In this document: piece after piece, positions 34,864 through 48,477 of the stretch | Position numbering within the stretch: the first letter of the stretch is position 1 | How the letters are laid out: every line of letters begins with the position of its first letter | NCBI RefSeq assembly: GCF_037042905.1 | Contig: NC_087251.1 | Coordinates: 46,874,001 to 46,938,000 of the forward strand | Origin: Lytechinus pictus | Taxonomy: Eukaryota | DNA length: 64,000 nucleotides | Reading direction: 5' to 3' | The notes under the pieces: generated by a model | The model's database searches: none | What the model saw: the letters and a program-made list of their open reading frames with translations, nothing else | What the model was told of the DNA's origin: nothing | Position numbers and translations under genes: made by a program

Positions 34864-35309
34864 GTATGTTGAAATGTTTATTTATCTATTTATTCACTGA
34901 TCAGTACAGATATTTGGTAAAATTATGATAAATGTGGGATTTAGCGCCCCCTTTCCTAGCCTCTCGTTTTGCCTACTCTGAACTTTGAACATAGGGCATG
35001 AGCGAAAGACTTTCAAAAGCAAAGATAATTTCACCTGGTAGTGGGAGGTTGAAATATTATTTGGTTTACTGATATAGATTATTTCTGGTAAAGTTTTGGA
35101 AAATCATATACCCCCAGCCTTAGTCTCTCGTGTTGTATTGGGATTAATGTTACTTACTTTATTGGCACTTATTTTTACTGAGGTGTCCTCAGGCCTTGTA
35201 TTTTAATATTTCAAGGGCAAGGCCATTTTTTTCAAATGGGCACTTTTAATAATATTACACTATAAAAAGAAAAAAAGAAAAAGGGCACAAAATTAGGGCA
35301 CTTCAATAT

Positions 35310-35795
35310 ATAATGCGTGGTGGGTATGTGCCACGGAGGGGTCCCCCATTTCTACAGTCATATTTCCATTCCGAGGCATAGAATTTTTATCTTATTGAGA
35401 AAAAGAACAAAAAAAGCCGCTCCAAATCATAGCATTTTCTTCTTATCGAGAAAAAAGAAATCCGCTACAAAGCTTCGCATATTTTTCGTTACGCCTTTCC
35501 GGCCGCATTGATCCGCTACAATGAGCTGCAATTTTGGTGAAAAGCGGCCACAGAGCCCTGTTCGACCATCGCCTCAGCGCGAGCGCACCCGGCGCCCGTG
35601 CCGCCAGGGTAGCTGCATGCACGTATGCCCGTTCCATAGGGATGCATACGCACATGCAGGCGACCGTTCCGTTATCACAAACATTTGTAGTTCCGAAGCC
35701 CGTTCCGAGGACCCTCCTTTTTACAATAAGCCCGCTTCAGAGCCCCCGTATTTTGTCTCGCCCGCGGCACATACCTACCACTTTTTTGGTCAAGT
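35310..35795. mobile_element. Unclassified non-autonomous DNA transposon (copy 2 of the 29500 family)
   Basis: Near-identical to 29525-30080 but with a single copy of the 32-bp unit. Confidence 0.7.
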
Positions 35796-36017
35796 AGTAA
35801 GGTAATAATAAGTTTTCAGAGTGCATAGAGACTTTCTTCCAATTAATGATAATACTGTTTAATCACAGAAGAGATTTTAACTCCTTTGCCAGCTAGATTG
35901 AAAATCAGTACAGATATTGATGTTGGATTGAAAATCACAACTACACTGAAAATTAAAAATTGACACACACATGTAGTTGAATTGTAAAGTTTTATCCTTT
36001 TATTTGATGCAAATTAA

Positions 36018-36619
36018 AGGTCAAGTCCACCCCAGGAAAATGCTGACTTGAATAAATAGAGAAAAATCTAACTAGCAAAACGCTGAAAATTTCATCAAAA
36101 TCGGATTTATAATAAGAAAGCTATGACATTTTAAATTTTCGCTTATTTTTCACAAAACAGTGATATGCACAACTCGGTGATGTGCAAATGAGAGAGTCGA
36201 TGATGTCCATCACTCACTATTTCTTTTGTTTTTTATTGTTTGAATTATACAATATTTCATTTTTTATAGATTTGACAATAAGGACCAACTTGACTGAACC
36301 ATACAGTATTAAACAATGCTAATTCCACATGTTCAGGGAGGAATCAATCGTTGTATCACTTGACAAGGAGGAGAAAATTAGAATATTTCATATTTCATAT
36401 AATAAAATACAAAAGAAACAATGAGTGGATGACGTCATAGTCTCCTCATTTCCATACCAGCCAGGATGTGCATATAACTGTTTTGTGAAATTAAGCGAAA
36501 CTTTAAAATGTCATAACTTTCTTATTTTACCTCCGATTTTGATGAAATTTTTAGTGTTATGCTTGTTGGATTTTTCTCTTTTTATTCAAATCAACTTTTT
36601 GTTGGGATGGACTTGTCCT
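36018..36619. mobile_element. Kolobok-like element, family A
   Basis: TTAA|AGGTCAAGTCCACCCC ... GGGATGGACTTGTCCT|TTAA. Confidence 0.8.
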
Positions 36620-37767
36620 TTAAATGGTAACAAATATGAAGAAAATGTAGATTTAAATTTGTTTCTAGGATGATCAGGGGACCGTTTCATAAACTTCTTA
36701 AAAAAAAAATTTTTTTGCAATAACAGTTTAAAGCTACTGAAATCATTCATTTTATTGGCTGATCGTAAAAATGTTATAATCTATGCATTGAAGTAGGACC
36801 TTGTACCAGCATGGACCTTCAGAACACAAGGTTCCATGAGCCTAATTACAACAGGAAGGCTAACGATATTCGTTCGTCCCAACCCGTTCAAAAAATTTTT
36901 AATTTGATATTAATGATTGAAAAAAGTTTATGAATATGATTGAAAATCTAATACTGATTCTAGAAATGGTAACTACTGAACTTCCTTTGCCCAAATTTGG
37001 GAAGATATAAAATCACTTTGGAACTATATTTTTTGACTGGAGGAAGAATTAGGGCTATTTTGCTGTTTCAGTTGATAAATTTGATCCCATCATAGTTATC
37101 TTCATAAATGGTGATTTATTTTTAAAATGAGCTGGCTACGATACCCTTCTCTGGTCAGATATGGAATGCCAGATATATATCCTATCCAATGGTAGTAAAC
37201 ATCCGACCCTCTAATTTCACGTTTATTTTTTATGAATTTTTCATAAGTGCCATTTTAACACACAAGTCTATGGGGAATGTTTTACCAGCGTGACACCACA
37301 AGCAAGGGAGATTTTTTTTTGCAATAGCGCCATCTTGAGTGTGAATTAATCTTGAGCAGTGGATTGATGAGAAGTCACTTCAGTCGTTGTGTATTCTTCT
37401 AGCTGCCCCACCCTCTTTGTCTGTCTGTCTCTCTGTCTCTTTCCCATTCTTTTCAGGTCTCTGAATGATTGAATACTAAAGTTGATGATGCATGATTCAG
37501 GTTCTGTAACAACTTTGTTCTGTCCAGTAGTGAATTGTCCATAGTCCATATTATGTTGAAAGGAGAATGCTTGCTAATGTCTGAAAATTAATGATCCATA
37601 GAAACCATTCAAATAGCTCATAAGAATTGATAAGAGTCAATTGAGCAAAGGAAAAATCATTTAATTCTAGGCACAGATCCAGGGAGGGGGTGGCGGTGGA
37701 AGGTGCGGGCGGGCCCTGTAAAATTTGAAATAAAATGGTGTAGAATGCTTTCATTGTGTACCCTGTA

Positions 37768-38797
37768 CAGCGCATCCCCGAAAAAATGTCCCTCTGACAT
37801 AGGGCTGAATTTATTCTATAATGTGGTAGTATTCACAAATAAATGTTCATGAGTAGAAAGCTCATTTAATGATCTATTAAAGTTCTATGAAAATTTCATT
37901 GGTTGCGCTTCAGCGGTTTTGAATACACACTCTGTTACGTAACATTGGTACATTTTAGCCCATTCCAAGTTTGCGGCATTTCTGCATAGTCTGTGGCATA
38001 TTAACCCCCATTTTTACATCTAAGATCTGAGCAGGGACATTTCCCTAATCATATCCAGGCTCATCAAATCATAAACTTGAGCATATTCAGGACAAGATAA
38101 CATAAAAAATTAAGTGTGTTTGATGATTGATAAGGGGAATCAGTGCACCAACTTGGAAAGAAAATGTGAATGATGGATGAGTAAAATAAGCTGAAAAATA
38201 AAGGGGAATCCACAAGTTAATCACCCTTTGCGAAAAGGAACTTTACAAGAGAAAATATTGACTTTTTTTTCTTTTAAAAAGTTACATTAAATTAATTTAA
38301 CCACAGTAGCTTATTAACTAAAAAAAAGCAATGAAAACAAAAATGCAGTATTGGGCATGAAACAGACATGACCCCGTTGTCCTTGTGCATTGTGCATCTC
38401 CTGTTATCAAATATGAAATGAACGTTGTCAAATATTGATTTTGTCCTTTTGAACATGCTCAAGGTTTTGATTTGATGAGCCAGGTTAGATCATGGAGATC
38501 TCCCTGGTCAGATCAGGGAATTCCTTGGTCAGAATGTTCAAAGGGGGTTGATATGCTAGAAAGTGCAGAACACACTGCAGTGCTGCATGCATGCAAACTT
38601 GGAATGGGCTGAAAATCACCAACATTTTTATAAAATAGACTGTGTATTCAAAACCACTAGAGTGAGACCAATGAAATTTTTATAAAAGTTCGAACATGAT
38701 GTGAGCTTCCTAGTTTCATACATTTCAATAAGAATAATTTTTATTTTTTGAAGTAATTTAGCCGCATATCAGGGGGACATTTTTTGGGGATGCGCTG
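37768..38797. mobile_element. Tc1/mariner-type non-autonomous element with long TIRs
   Basis: TA|CAGCGCATCCCC.AAAAAATGTCCC ... GGGACATTTTTTGGGGATGCGCTG|TA. Inverted similarity extends about 200 bp inward (gcccattccaagtttgc/gcaaacttggaatgggc). Confidence 0.85.
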
Positions 38798-38810
38798 TAA
38801 AATACCTTAA

Positions 38811-39517
38811 CCCTAAAAGGACTGGGGGTGCCATCATGGCCCCCCTCAACACTTCGCGCGATATTTCCCAAGCGCAAAAAGATAGCGTCGCAAACTTGTT
38901 TGACTTTTTTCTTTGAAGTCTCGCGCAACTTTTGAGACCCATTTCGTTATATACGGGTATAGCATCGCAACGCCACATGACTTTTTACGAGACAATGGCA
39001 AGCCGAAAATGGCTCATTTTTATACTTTGTGTACAAAGTTTTTGGGAGATGAATTTTATAAAAGGATGATTATTTTTCGTTCTAATTGGTCTGTTTAATT
39101 AATTTAGGGTTTAATTTAGCTGTTAAATGATCTGTAATAATTTACAATGAAAAAAACATTGAAAAACAAAAGATGAAAAACAAAGAAATACATAAGGAAA
39201 AAATTGGCTTTTGCAATTTTTCTTTGTGGAAACCTTTAAATTAGATTAATAAGATGACATCTGGAACAAAGATGAAAATTTGAAGTGAAATTGGTGTTAA
39301 ATATGCATATAATATTTTTCATAAATAAATTTGCATATTCATCATTAATAAAAAATAATTATTTTCAGAAATTTGTTTTATACTCGCTTGTAGTTTATGC
39401 TGTAACTAATGTGCGTGCCAAATTTCGGCATGACCGCGCGAACGGCCGCCAAGATTAGTCATGCCCCCCCCCCCCCCCAGTCCTTGATACATCTCAAATA
39501 GCCCAGTCCTTTTAGGG
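38811..39517. mobile_element. piggyBac-type MITE
   Basis: TTAA|CCCTAAAAGGACTGGG ... CCCAGTCCTTTTAGGG|TTAA, with perfect 16-bp TIRs. Confidence 0.88.
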
Positions 39518-39521
39518 TTAA

Positions 39522-40040
39522 AGAGCTACTCAAGGCTGAAGATAATATCATTTGAACAGATAAAGAAAAATCAAACCAGCAATACTCTGAAAATTTGATC
39601 AAAATCGACAAAGAATAACAAAGTTATAGCATTTCAAAGATTTGCATTATTCCAGTGAAACAGTTCTTGGCATGTCTTCATGAATATTCAATGAGCAAAC
39701 TGATGATGTCATATCCCCACTTGTTCTTTGGATTTTATTATATGAAATTAGGTTTATTCAATTTTTTTCCTCCAAGAATAAAAAAATTGGATTTACTTTA
39801 TCAAAAGGGAGACACTTGTATGAAAATGAAATAATTGTGATTTCATGTAATAACATAAGAAAAAGGAAAGTGAGGATGTGACATCATCAGCCCACCTAAT
39901 GAATATTCATGATGATGTGCATTTAACTGTTTTCAAAATATTGTAAACTTTAAAATTCAATAACTTTGTTATCAGATTTTGATGAAATTTTCAGGGTTTT
40001 GCTCTGTAAATATTACTCTATTTATTAATATAAATATTTT
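39522..40040. mobile_element. Kolobok-like element, family B (decayed)
   Basis: Homologous to 28224-28803 (catcatcagcccacctaatgaatattcat). Begins at the TTAA shared with the piggyBac MITE. Confidence 0.7.
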
Positions 40041-41243
40041 CAGCCCAGAGCATCCCGTTATTGACCTTTTCTTTTTTTTTTTGCTTGTCACATTTTTTAG
40101 ACAAAAACACTCTGAATCCGCATAGTTCATAACATTTTAATTCTAATTACCGGGTATTTATTTTTGAAATTTGGATCGCAATGAATCGCATAGTGTGCGC
40201 TGGGCTTAAAATGGTGACGTGATAACATCAATGCAAAGCTCTATAAAAATGCAAGAGTTTTGTCGGTGGCTCATATCGAAGTGAACTTTTATCTGGTTTA
40301 CATGTAAGAAGGCGTGAGTGCATGCCTCAACAAGTTCTCATAATTTGCAGGTCTCATCGTTGTGAAAGTAACTACATGTAGTGAGACTGAATAGGCCTAT
40401 TGCTTTCATCTCACATCTAGGAAAAATTTCATAAAGACTATTGTAACAAAAAATTTGTGATAACAATTAAAAGCTACTGAAACTCTCCAATCAGATTATA
40501 TTTACTATAGAAATTGTGCATTTGTTACTGTATTCAAGTCTTTTTTTAACGGGAACCTGGACACTCCCTCCATTTCATGCCTTATAAAGTTCATACAGAG
40601 TCCAATATTGCAACAATAGTATCTGGTATTTCAATACATTTTTAATTTGCATTGTCATCATGCTTGTGTATCGAAATAGCTTCTCATTTTGAAAACTCCT
40701 GTATCATCCGCTTTGCTCACCATGAATGTACCTACTTTCCAGTTTGGAGGCAAAGGGTATTCCTGGCTGGAAAAGTATATATTAAACATGGGTAAAATTA
40801 ATCTTCAAGCAAATCACTAACAAATTTCATCAAAATTGGATGGAAAAAAATGTCGTAACAAATTTATTGCATCTTCTCCTGGCATATAATTTTGCAATCC
40901 CATTTTGACTGCAGCATTTTCATGTTTTTTACTATTTCAGGGTAACAGTTATGCCTGTTTTTATGATGCCATTTTTACGGTAGCTACAAGGTTATGACTA
41001 TTCCATTTTACTCCACAAAGAACGGAATCATTGAATTGACTTCTGATTTTAACGTAATAACATGTATGTACCTTGTTTTGTTCCAAGGTAAATACACCTT
41101 TGGAAAATGAAAGTGAAATCAACAGATAAGCATCACGACTACTGAAGGGAGATAAGAAAAGTTGTTCATGCAGATCTATAAATGGTCTACTTAATGTAGA
41201 TTCTTCAACACATACATTCAAAGGAAAAAAAAATAGCATCTTT

Positions 41244-41535
41244 AATAATAATAATAATAATAGGCATTTATATAGCGCCATCTATCTAGAAACATTATAT
41301 TCCGAGGCACGATGTTATTATTATTATTACCCCGGCTTTAGCTCGAGCTGCCTTTCAGCGCTCATGCATTCAAGGAATGAATCCTGCCGGGTACCCATTC
41401 ACCTCACCTGGGTTGAGTGCAGCACAATGTGGATAAATTTCTTGCTGAAGGAAATTACGCCATGGCTGGGATTCGAACCCATGACCCTCTGTTTCAAAGT
41501 CAGAAGACTAATCCACTGGGCCACAACGCTCCACA
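41244..41535 (-). mobile_element. tRNA-derived SINE
   Basis: Reverse complement of the 22755 SINE, with B box ggttcgaatccc and a (TTA)n tail. Confidence 0.8.
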
Positions 41536-41691
41536 GGGCAGATGGTCATTATATTTAATATGGCTAGTATTGGTATAGCCTAAGCTACAAATAATCTGAA
41601 TGTGACTGTTTGCAGTTGTGTATGTTTACATTACTTTTGTTGATAGAGAATGGAGAGAGGATGGCATGGCAATTTACAGTTGTTTATTTAA

Positions 41692-42275
41692 AGGACAAGC
41701 TAACAAAAAGTTGATGTGAATAAAAAGAGAAAATCCGACAAGTATAACACTGGAAATTTGATCAAAATCGGATGTAAAATAAGAAAGTTATGACATTTTA
41801 AAGTTTTGCTTAATTGCACAAAACTGTTATATGCACATGCTGGTCGGTATGCAAATGAGGTTAGTGATGTCACTCACTCACTAATTCTTTTGTATTTTAT
41901 TACATGAATTATGAAATTTTCTAATTTTTCCTCATTCTCCACAGGAAACAAAGTTTTCTTTTTCCCTGAACATATGTGTGGAAATACCATTGCTTTATTA
42001 TTTTATGGTTCAGTCAAGTTGGTCCTCATGGCCAAATCTGTAAAAATTGAAACATTGTAATTTAAACGATAAAAAAAAAGAAATAGTGAGGGACATCATC
42101 GACTCTCTCATTTGCATATCACTGTGTTGTGCAGATAACTATTTTGTGGAAAATAAGCGAAACTTTAATGCTTTAACTTTGTTATTTTACATCCGATTTT
42201 GATGAAATTTTCAGCATTATGCTTGTTTTTTCTCTCTTGATTCAAATCAACTGTTTTCTGGGATGGACTTTACCT
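41692..42275. mobile_element. Kolobok-like element, family A (diverged)
   Basis: TTAA|AGGACAAG ... GGATGGACTTTACCT|TTAA. Confidence 0.75.
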
Positions 42276-43266
42276 TTAAAGAACCCTTCAGCACAAATTG
42301 AAAAAAACATAAATACATATATGTTTATGTTGGCAAAAACCTGTCTGATGCAATGTTATTAAATTCATGAAAAGAGAGATGTCATTTCGTACAGTTCGCC
42401 TGTAACATGACCTCTTGATCCCACACCCAACCAACCAAAATTTCTTCCCATAAACAGCCAAAGAAAAGCAATTCAAAAGAAACGTGGAGAAGAATGGCGG
42501 AGTCAACACGGGGGTGCGAAGATCGCCCCTTTAGAAGGGTCCATCATACCGGGTTCCTAAGCACCTCATGGTGTGTCTCACACAGTCACAGGGGGGTGGC
42601 TGTGAGGTTCGGTGGGGTTCAGCACAAGTTCATGCCCATCAATTATGGTTTTGGAGTATTTTTTCTGTGTTTGGAAAATAAGTTTACACAAAGGGAGAAA
42701 GAGCCGCCCACACACCCCGCACAGTCCTCACTGTATGAAAAAAATGTGTAGGAGAAAGTTGATTATACAGTATTAAGAAAACAATGAGGTATGCAGAAAA
42801 GAAAAATGAAATATTTGTTCTTCATTTTTTTTTCTTCATGCATATTTTCTTCTCCAAAATGATCAAATATGTAGTGCCTATTGCCTGTATGCTCAGAATG
42901 AAACGGTCTGTTAGCCTAGACCTATATGATTTATGGTGCATTTTTTTAAATATATTGCACAATCGAACTATATAAAGGCCTAAAATGTGGATTATATAGT
43001 CCAGTTTATTTGATTGTATATTTAATTTTGAGCATATTGGCAATGAATTCCATATATTGTATGGCAGTAATTGTAAATTTATGCACTTTTGGTTGTTATG
43101 TTTGTTGGTAGTGTAGTATGTTGTATTCGGATGTGAAAATGTAGAAATATTCCTGAAGGTGTAAATGTTCATTGCAATCATATTTATCCATGTACTATTG
43201 ATACAAGATCTAACAGGAGTGACAGATGCCAAAACAAGATCAATCTAGATGCCCCATTAGACATAA

Positions 43267-43730
43267 GGTGGTTTCAGACCGCCTCGAAGTTTGTCAGTTC
43301 GGGAAATCTACCCCGATCAGAAAATACCAGGTAATTTTGGAAATGTGAAAGCAAATTACGCGTAATCTCCCCGAAAGAAAATACCCGCTAAATAGTAGGT
43401 ACCTGTCAAAATTACGAGAACTTTCGCGGGGATTTTTCCAAGGTCGCAGGTATTTTGGCAATGTGAAAGCAAATTACGGGAACTTTTAGCACAGCGTGTA
43501 GTAGGGCGCGGGCGCCGTGGGTGGCTGCTGAGCTAGCGATTTTGAATCTCGCACCTTGCTTGCTTATCGACCATTTACTGCCCATGCTCTTAACTTCAGG
43601 AACTTATCCCGAAGGGTATGTTTCGGGGCGGTGTGAATTTGGGAATAATCAACAGGTATTTTTTGCCTGAAAAATGTTCTCGTAATTTAACGGGGATTCT
43701 TGTGATCGAGGCGGTTTGTTTTTTAAACCC
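43267..43730. mobile_element. Harbinger-like MITE
   Basis: TAA|GGTGGTTTCAGACCGCCTCGA ... TCGAGGCGGTTTG...AAACC inverted ends. The right end is degenerate. Confidence 0.5.
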
Positions 43731-43940
43731 CTTCTAGATGAAAGAACTCTTTGAAATCATGCAGAGTTTATCCTTGAAAATTGGAAAGAAATTTTTGCTT
43801 TTGATTTTTCGTTTTTTTATTTGTCATTCTCTTACTGTCAATATCTTCCTTTGAAACTTAATAGCACAAAAAAGATTGTGCTATGAAAATACAATTTTTT
43901 AATAGAAATAATGAATTAGAAATTGCTTGGCTGTACTTAA

Positions 43941-44335
43941 AGAGAAATTCCAGTAGTTGCAGTAAACACTGATTTCATGAGAAAGTCTGTAAAACCAGGC
44001 TTAATTGTCAGTATATCATCGAGGATCTAGATCTGGTACAGTTACATAAACTGAACTTTGTGAAATCTTGAAATATACGCTGAAAAATGTTCAGACTGAA
44101 CTTCCCCAACACAGATAAGCGCACGTGGGACAGTGTATAATTATTGCTTTGAGCGTCGGGCCCGACGCTCTACCCGAATCCTGTGCTTATTTGCTGATTT
44201 CTCAGCAATTACACAATTTCTTCCAGAATCCTTTGGCACATGCGTTTTATTTATATAAACAGACACTTTGGTGCTCATTTCATTGGATTCTGTACGAACT
44301 CATTTTGATATCGTTACCAAAACTAGCATTTACCT
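43941..44335. mobile_element. Kolobok-like element, family C
   Basis: TTAA|AGAGAAATTCCAGT ... ACTAGCATTTACCT|TTAA. Homolog of 13982-14376. Confidence 0.75.
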
Positions 44336-46572
44336 TTAACCCTAGTATCTCAGAATATTAAAACAGTTCTGAAAAGGGTGAATTATAGAGTAATGACATA
44401 GGGTGTAATTAGCAACCTTTTTTGCCTAGAATTAGAACAGGAGAAACTTCAGAAAAAAATAATAAATTCCATTATGATATTTCTAAAATACAACTTTTAC
44501 TGTGCAAGTTTATTCTTATTTTGAGATGTAAGGTTTTAATAGCCCAGCGATGATTCCTGGATGACTTCTGGATGTTTCCTTTTTTTTTTTAGAAATACAT
44601 GTAAGCCACAAAGTCTACATTTCTTTTGCTATAAGACAAGTTATAATAGGCTATTGTAAACATTTAAGAATTATCGTGTTAATTTGAATATCAATATTTC
44701 GAAATCCTTTGCTTTTATCTAACTGTTTTTAAAGTTATTCCCTCCTTTAATGTCCTTATATTAAACATATTGATATTTGATAGCTTATCATTTACTTAGC
44801 CTGTGAAGGCATTTGGGTTACAGGAATGTTAGGTGACTAAAAATTCAAAATCTGTTTAGGCTTCATGGCATTGTTTGTATCCTTGACCAAAATTGTAGAC
44901 TTTTTCATGAAGGCACACACCTGAATAGGTTTTTATGACACTTACAGCAGTGCAGACCAACGGAAGTTCCCAGAATTTTCATAGGACTGTGTATTCATAA
45001 TACAATTTTTTTTCAAAGTCCTTAATTTTGTTATTTGTGTTTATGACAAAAGTTCAATAGAGATAAATGATCCATAAACGGCAATAAAAATGTCTATATT
45101 AGGCCTGATTTTAGTTATAGCTATCCCTTCTTTGTAAAATTTGTACCTATTAGTATTACAACTTGCCAGGTTTTCAGTATTATTTCTCCTTCTAGCCATT
45201 CTGGAGTGACTTGCTCGTTTTAACAAAGCCTGCATTCTCCTCCATTAAAATAGAATTCCACGCATTTTTTAATTAACTTAATGAGGCCAACAGCCCTTCA
45301 TTGAGAATTTTCGTCAATACCCCCCTGTGAAAATCATCATAAGAACTGGGCTGTGAGTGATTTAGCAGTTTGCTACAAATCTGCCATAAAAAGAATTTAT
45401 ATGTTTGTGTCAATGACCTAGTGTTATGTCCATATTTTTACAAGGGTGACCGCATGCCAGGCAGGGGGCAGCGATAATCATATTTTTTAGAGAGAATTTT
45501 TTTTGTTGCATTCTAGGCTTGTGGCTTTGTTTGAATCTTGCCCTTGCATTTGTAGACTCCATGCAGAGTTTTCTGGTGCGTTTAAGTACCAAATTTGTAT
45601 ATATAATTGATGATAAGAGAATTTTTCTCCCTCCCACAAAGAACTTTCATGTATATTGAGAGCACAAAAAGAACACCGACATTTATCTCGTTTCTGTTAT
45701 TCCATTGTTGTACCAGTTCTTGTAATAAAAGAGTGCTAAAATGATAATTGTAATGAAGATATTAATAACCATATAAATAATTTAATGAAAACACAAAAGA
45801 CAAAATATGTCAGAATGTTAAATACTTAAAACATGTAGTGGTGGTGGAAATGACGATGATTATGATGCTGGTGATGGTGATGATGATGATAATGACGAGG
45901 ATGAATTGATGATTATGAATGATAATCCGAATACTGGCAATCTTATGTTTCATTTTTATTGTGTATCACCTGATAAACTATCACCATTTTGTGCTTCCAA
46001 AGGTCATTTTTTACCACCAATATCCTTTATATTGATAGTCCACACCACAGCCACTGTTTGTATTCTATTTCAGGAAATTTTATTTGTGAATGGAAAATGA
46101 TAAAATATCTATTCACTTTGAAGGAAGGAAGGAAAAGAGGTCGGAAGACAGGAGATACCAGAGGAGAAATAGATATGTCTCAATGACCGGCGATTAATCT
46201 TTTTTTTATTTTATTCTAACGAAATATATGTGGGATATTTCTAATCATTTCTCACTGCTTCGCATTATGTGCATTGACAATATGCATTTATTTCCTTTGT
46301 TCCAGATGTATTTCTATGATGATGATTTCAGAGAAATGTAGGAACACCATGACAAAGCATGCTGGCATTTTTTCTTAATTACCGGTACAAGAAAAAAAAT
46401 CATGTGTAAACATAGTAAGGATAGGAAGGACTTTGTGCATTGTTTGTGGTTTCCTCTTTTCTCTAAATTTCCACCACAGCAAGTTCGTGAGGTTTTTCTT
46501 TCTGACCATTTCCCCGTCGTCAGTTAGAGCTAGAGTCAGAACTTCTGCTTTAATCCCTTCCACACCCACTTA

Positions 46573-48477
46573 GGCAACAGTCACACAGACGAAACTGACC
46601 CCAAACCGACGGATGGTATGCCATTGGAAATAACATAATAGATTTGGTCGGTCTGGAGCCGTTGTTGTTAATGTGACTGTGGCATTACTGTCTTGCCAGC
46701 CTGGTACCATGCTCCAGTCACACCTGACTGCACCAGCTCCAAACCGACGGATGGTATGCCATTGGAAATAATGTAATAGATTTGGTCGGTCTGGAGCCGT
46801 TGTTGTTAATGTGACTGTGGCATTACTATCTTGCCAGCCTGGTACCATGCTCCAGTCACACCTGACTGCACCAGCTCCAAACCGACGGATGGCAGCCATT
46901 GGAAATAATGTAATAGATTTGGTCGGTCTGGAGTCGGTTTGCACCAGTGTGACTGTGGCATTACTGTCTTGCCAGCCTGGTACCATGCTTCAGTCACACC
47001 TGACTGCACCAGCTCCAAACCGACGGATGGTATGCCATTGGAAATAACATAATAGATTTGGTTGGTCTGGAGCCGTTGTTGTTAATGTGACTGTGGCATT
47101 AGTCTTGCCAGCCTGGTACCATGCTTCAGTCACACCTGACTGCACCGGCTCCAAACCGACGGATGGTATGCCATTGGAAATAATGTAATAGATTTGGTTG
47201 GTCTGGAGCCGTTGTTGTTAATGTGACTGTGGCATTACTGTCTTTCCAGCCTGGTACCATGCTTCAGTCACACCTGACTGCACCAGCTCCAAACCGACGG
47301 ATGGTATGCCATTGGAAATAACATAATAGATTTGGTTGGTCTGGAGCCGTTGTTGTTAATGTGACTGTGGCATTAGTCTTGCCAGCCTGGTACCATGCTT
47401 CAGTCACACCTGACTGCACCGGCTCCAAACCGACGGATGGTATGCCATTGGAAATAATGTAATAGATTTGGTTGGTCTGGAGCCGTTGTTGTTAATGTGA
47501 CTGTGGCATTACTGTCTTGCCAGCCTGGTACCATGCTTCAGTCACACCTGACTGCACCAGCTCCAAACCGACGGATGGTATGCCATTGGAAATAATGTAA
47601 TAGATTTGGTCGGTCTGGAGTCGGTTTGCACCAGTGTGACTGTGGCATTACTGTCTTGCCAGCCTGGTACCATGCTCCAGTCACACCTGACTGCACCAGC
47701 TCCAAACCGACGGATGGTATGCCATTGGAAATAACATAATAGATTTGGTTGGTCTGGAGCCGTTGTTGTTAATGTGACTGTGGCATTAGTCTTGCCAGCC
47801 TGGTACCATGCTTCAGTCACACCTGACTGCACCGGCTCCAAACCGACGGATGGTATGCCATTGGAAATAATGTAATAGATTTGGTTGGTCTGGAGCCGTT
47901 GTTGTTAATGTGACTGTGGCATTACTGTCTTTCCAGCCTGGTACCATGCTTCAGTCACACCTGACTGCACCAGCTCCAAACCGACGGATGGTATGCCATT
48001 GGAAATAATGTAATAGATTTGGTCAATCTGGAGTCGGTTTGCACCAGTGTGACTGTGGCATTACTGTCTTGCCAGCCTGGTACCATGCTTCAGTCACACC
48101 TGACTGCACCAGCTCCAAACCGACGGATGGTATGCCATTGGAAATAATGTAATAGATTTGGTCAATCTGAAGTCGGTTTGCACCAGTGTGACTGTGGCAT
48201 TACTGTCTTGCCAGCCTGGTACCATGCTTCAGTCACACCTGACTGCACCAGCTCCAAACCGACGGATGGTATGCCATTGGAAATAATGTAATAGATTCGG
48301 TCAATCTGGAGTCGGTTTGCACCAGTGTGACTGTGGCATTACTGTCTTGTCAGCCTGGTACCATGCTTCAGTCACACCTGACTGCACCAGCTCCAAACCG
48401 ATGGATGGTATGCAATTGGAAATACTGTAATAGATTTGGTCAATCTGGAGTCGGTTTGCACCAGTGTGACTGTGGCC
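46573..48477. repeat. Tandem array of about 13.7 units of 136-139 bp, each internally palindromic, bounded by MITE-like TIRs
   Basis: The motif ccaaaccga recurs at 46601, 46739, 46877, 47015, 47151, 47289, 47425, 47563, 47702, 47838, 47976, 48115, 48254 and 48393. Outer ends are ggcaacagtcacac / gtgtgactgtggcc. Confidence 0.95.

Noticed and set aside
42330..42760. Possible decayed piggyBac transposase C-terminus
   Set aside because: The composition is coding-like, but no diagnostic motif could be confirmed by eye.
46573..48477. CRISPR array or protein-coding repeat
   Set aside because: The whole unit repeats with no unique spacers, the context is eukaryotic with no cas genes, and unit lengths of 136, 138 and 139 bp break any reading frame.
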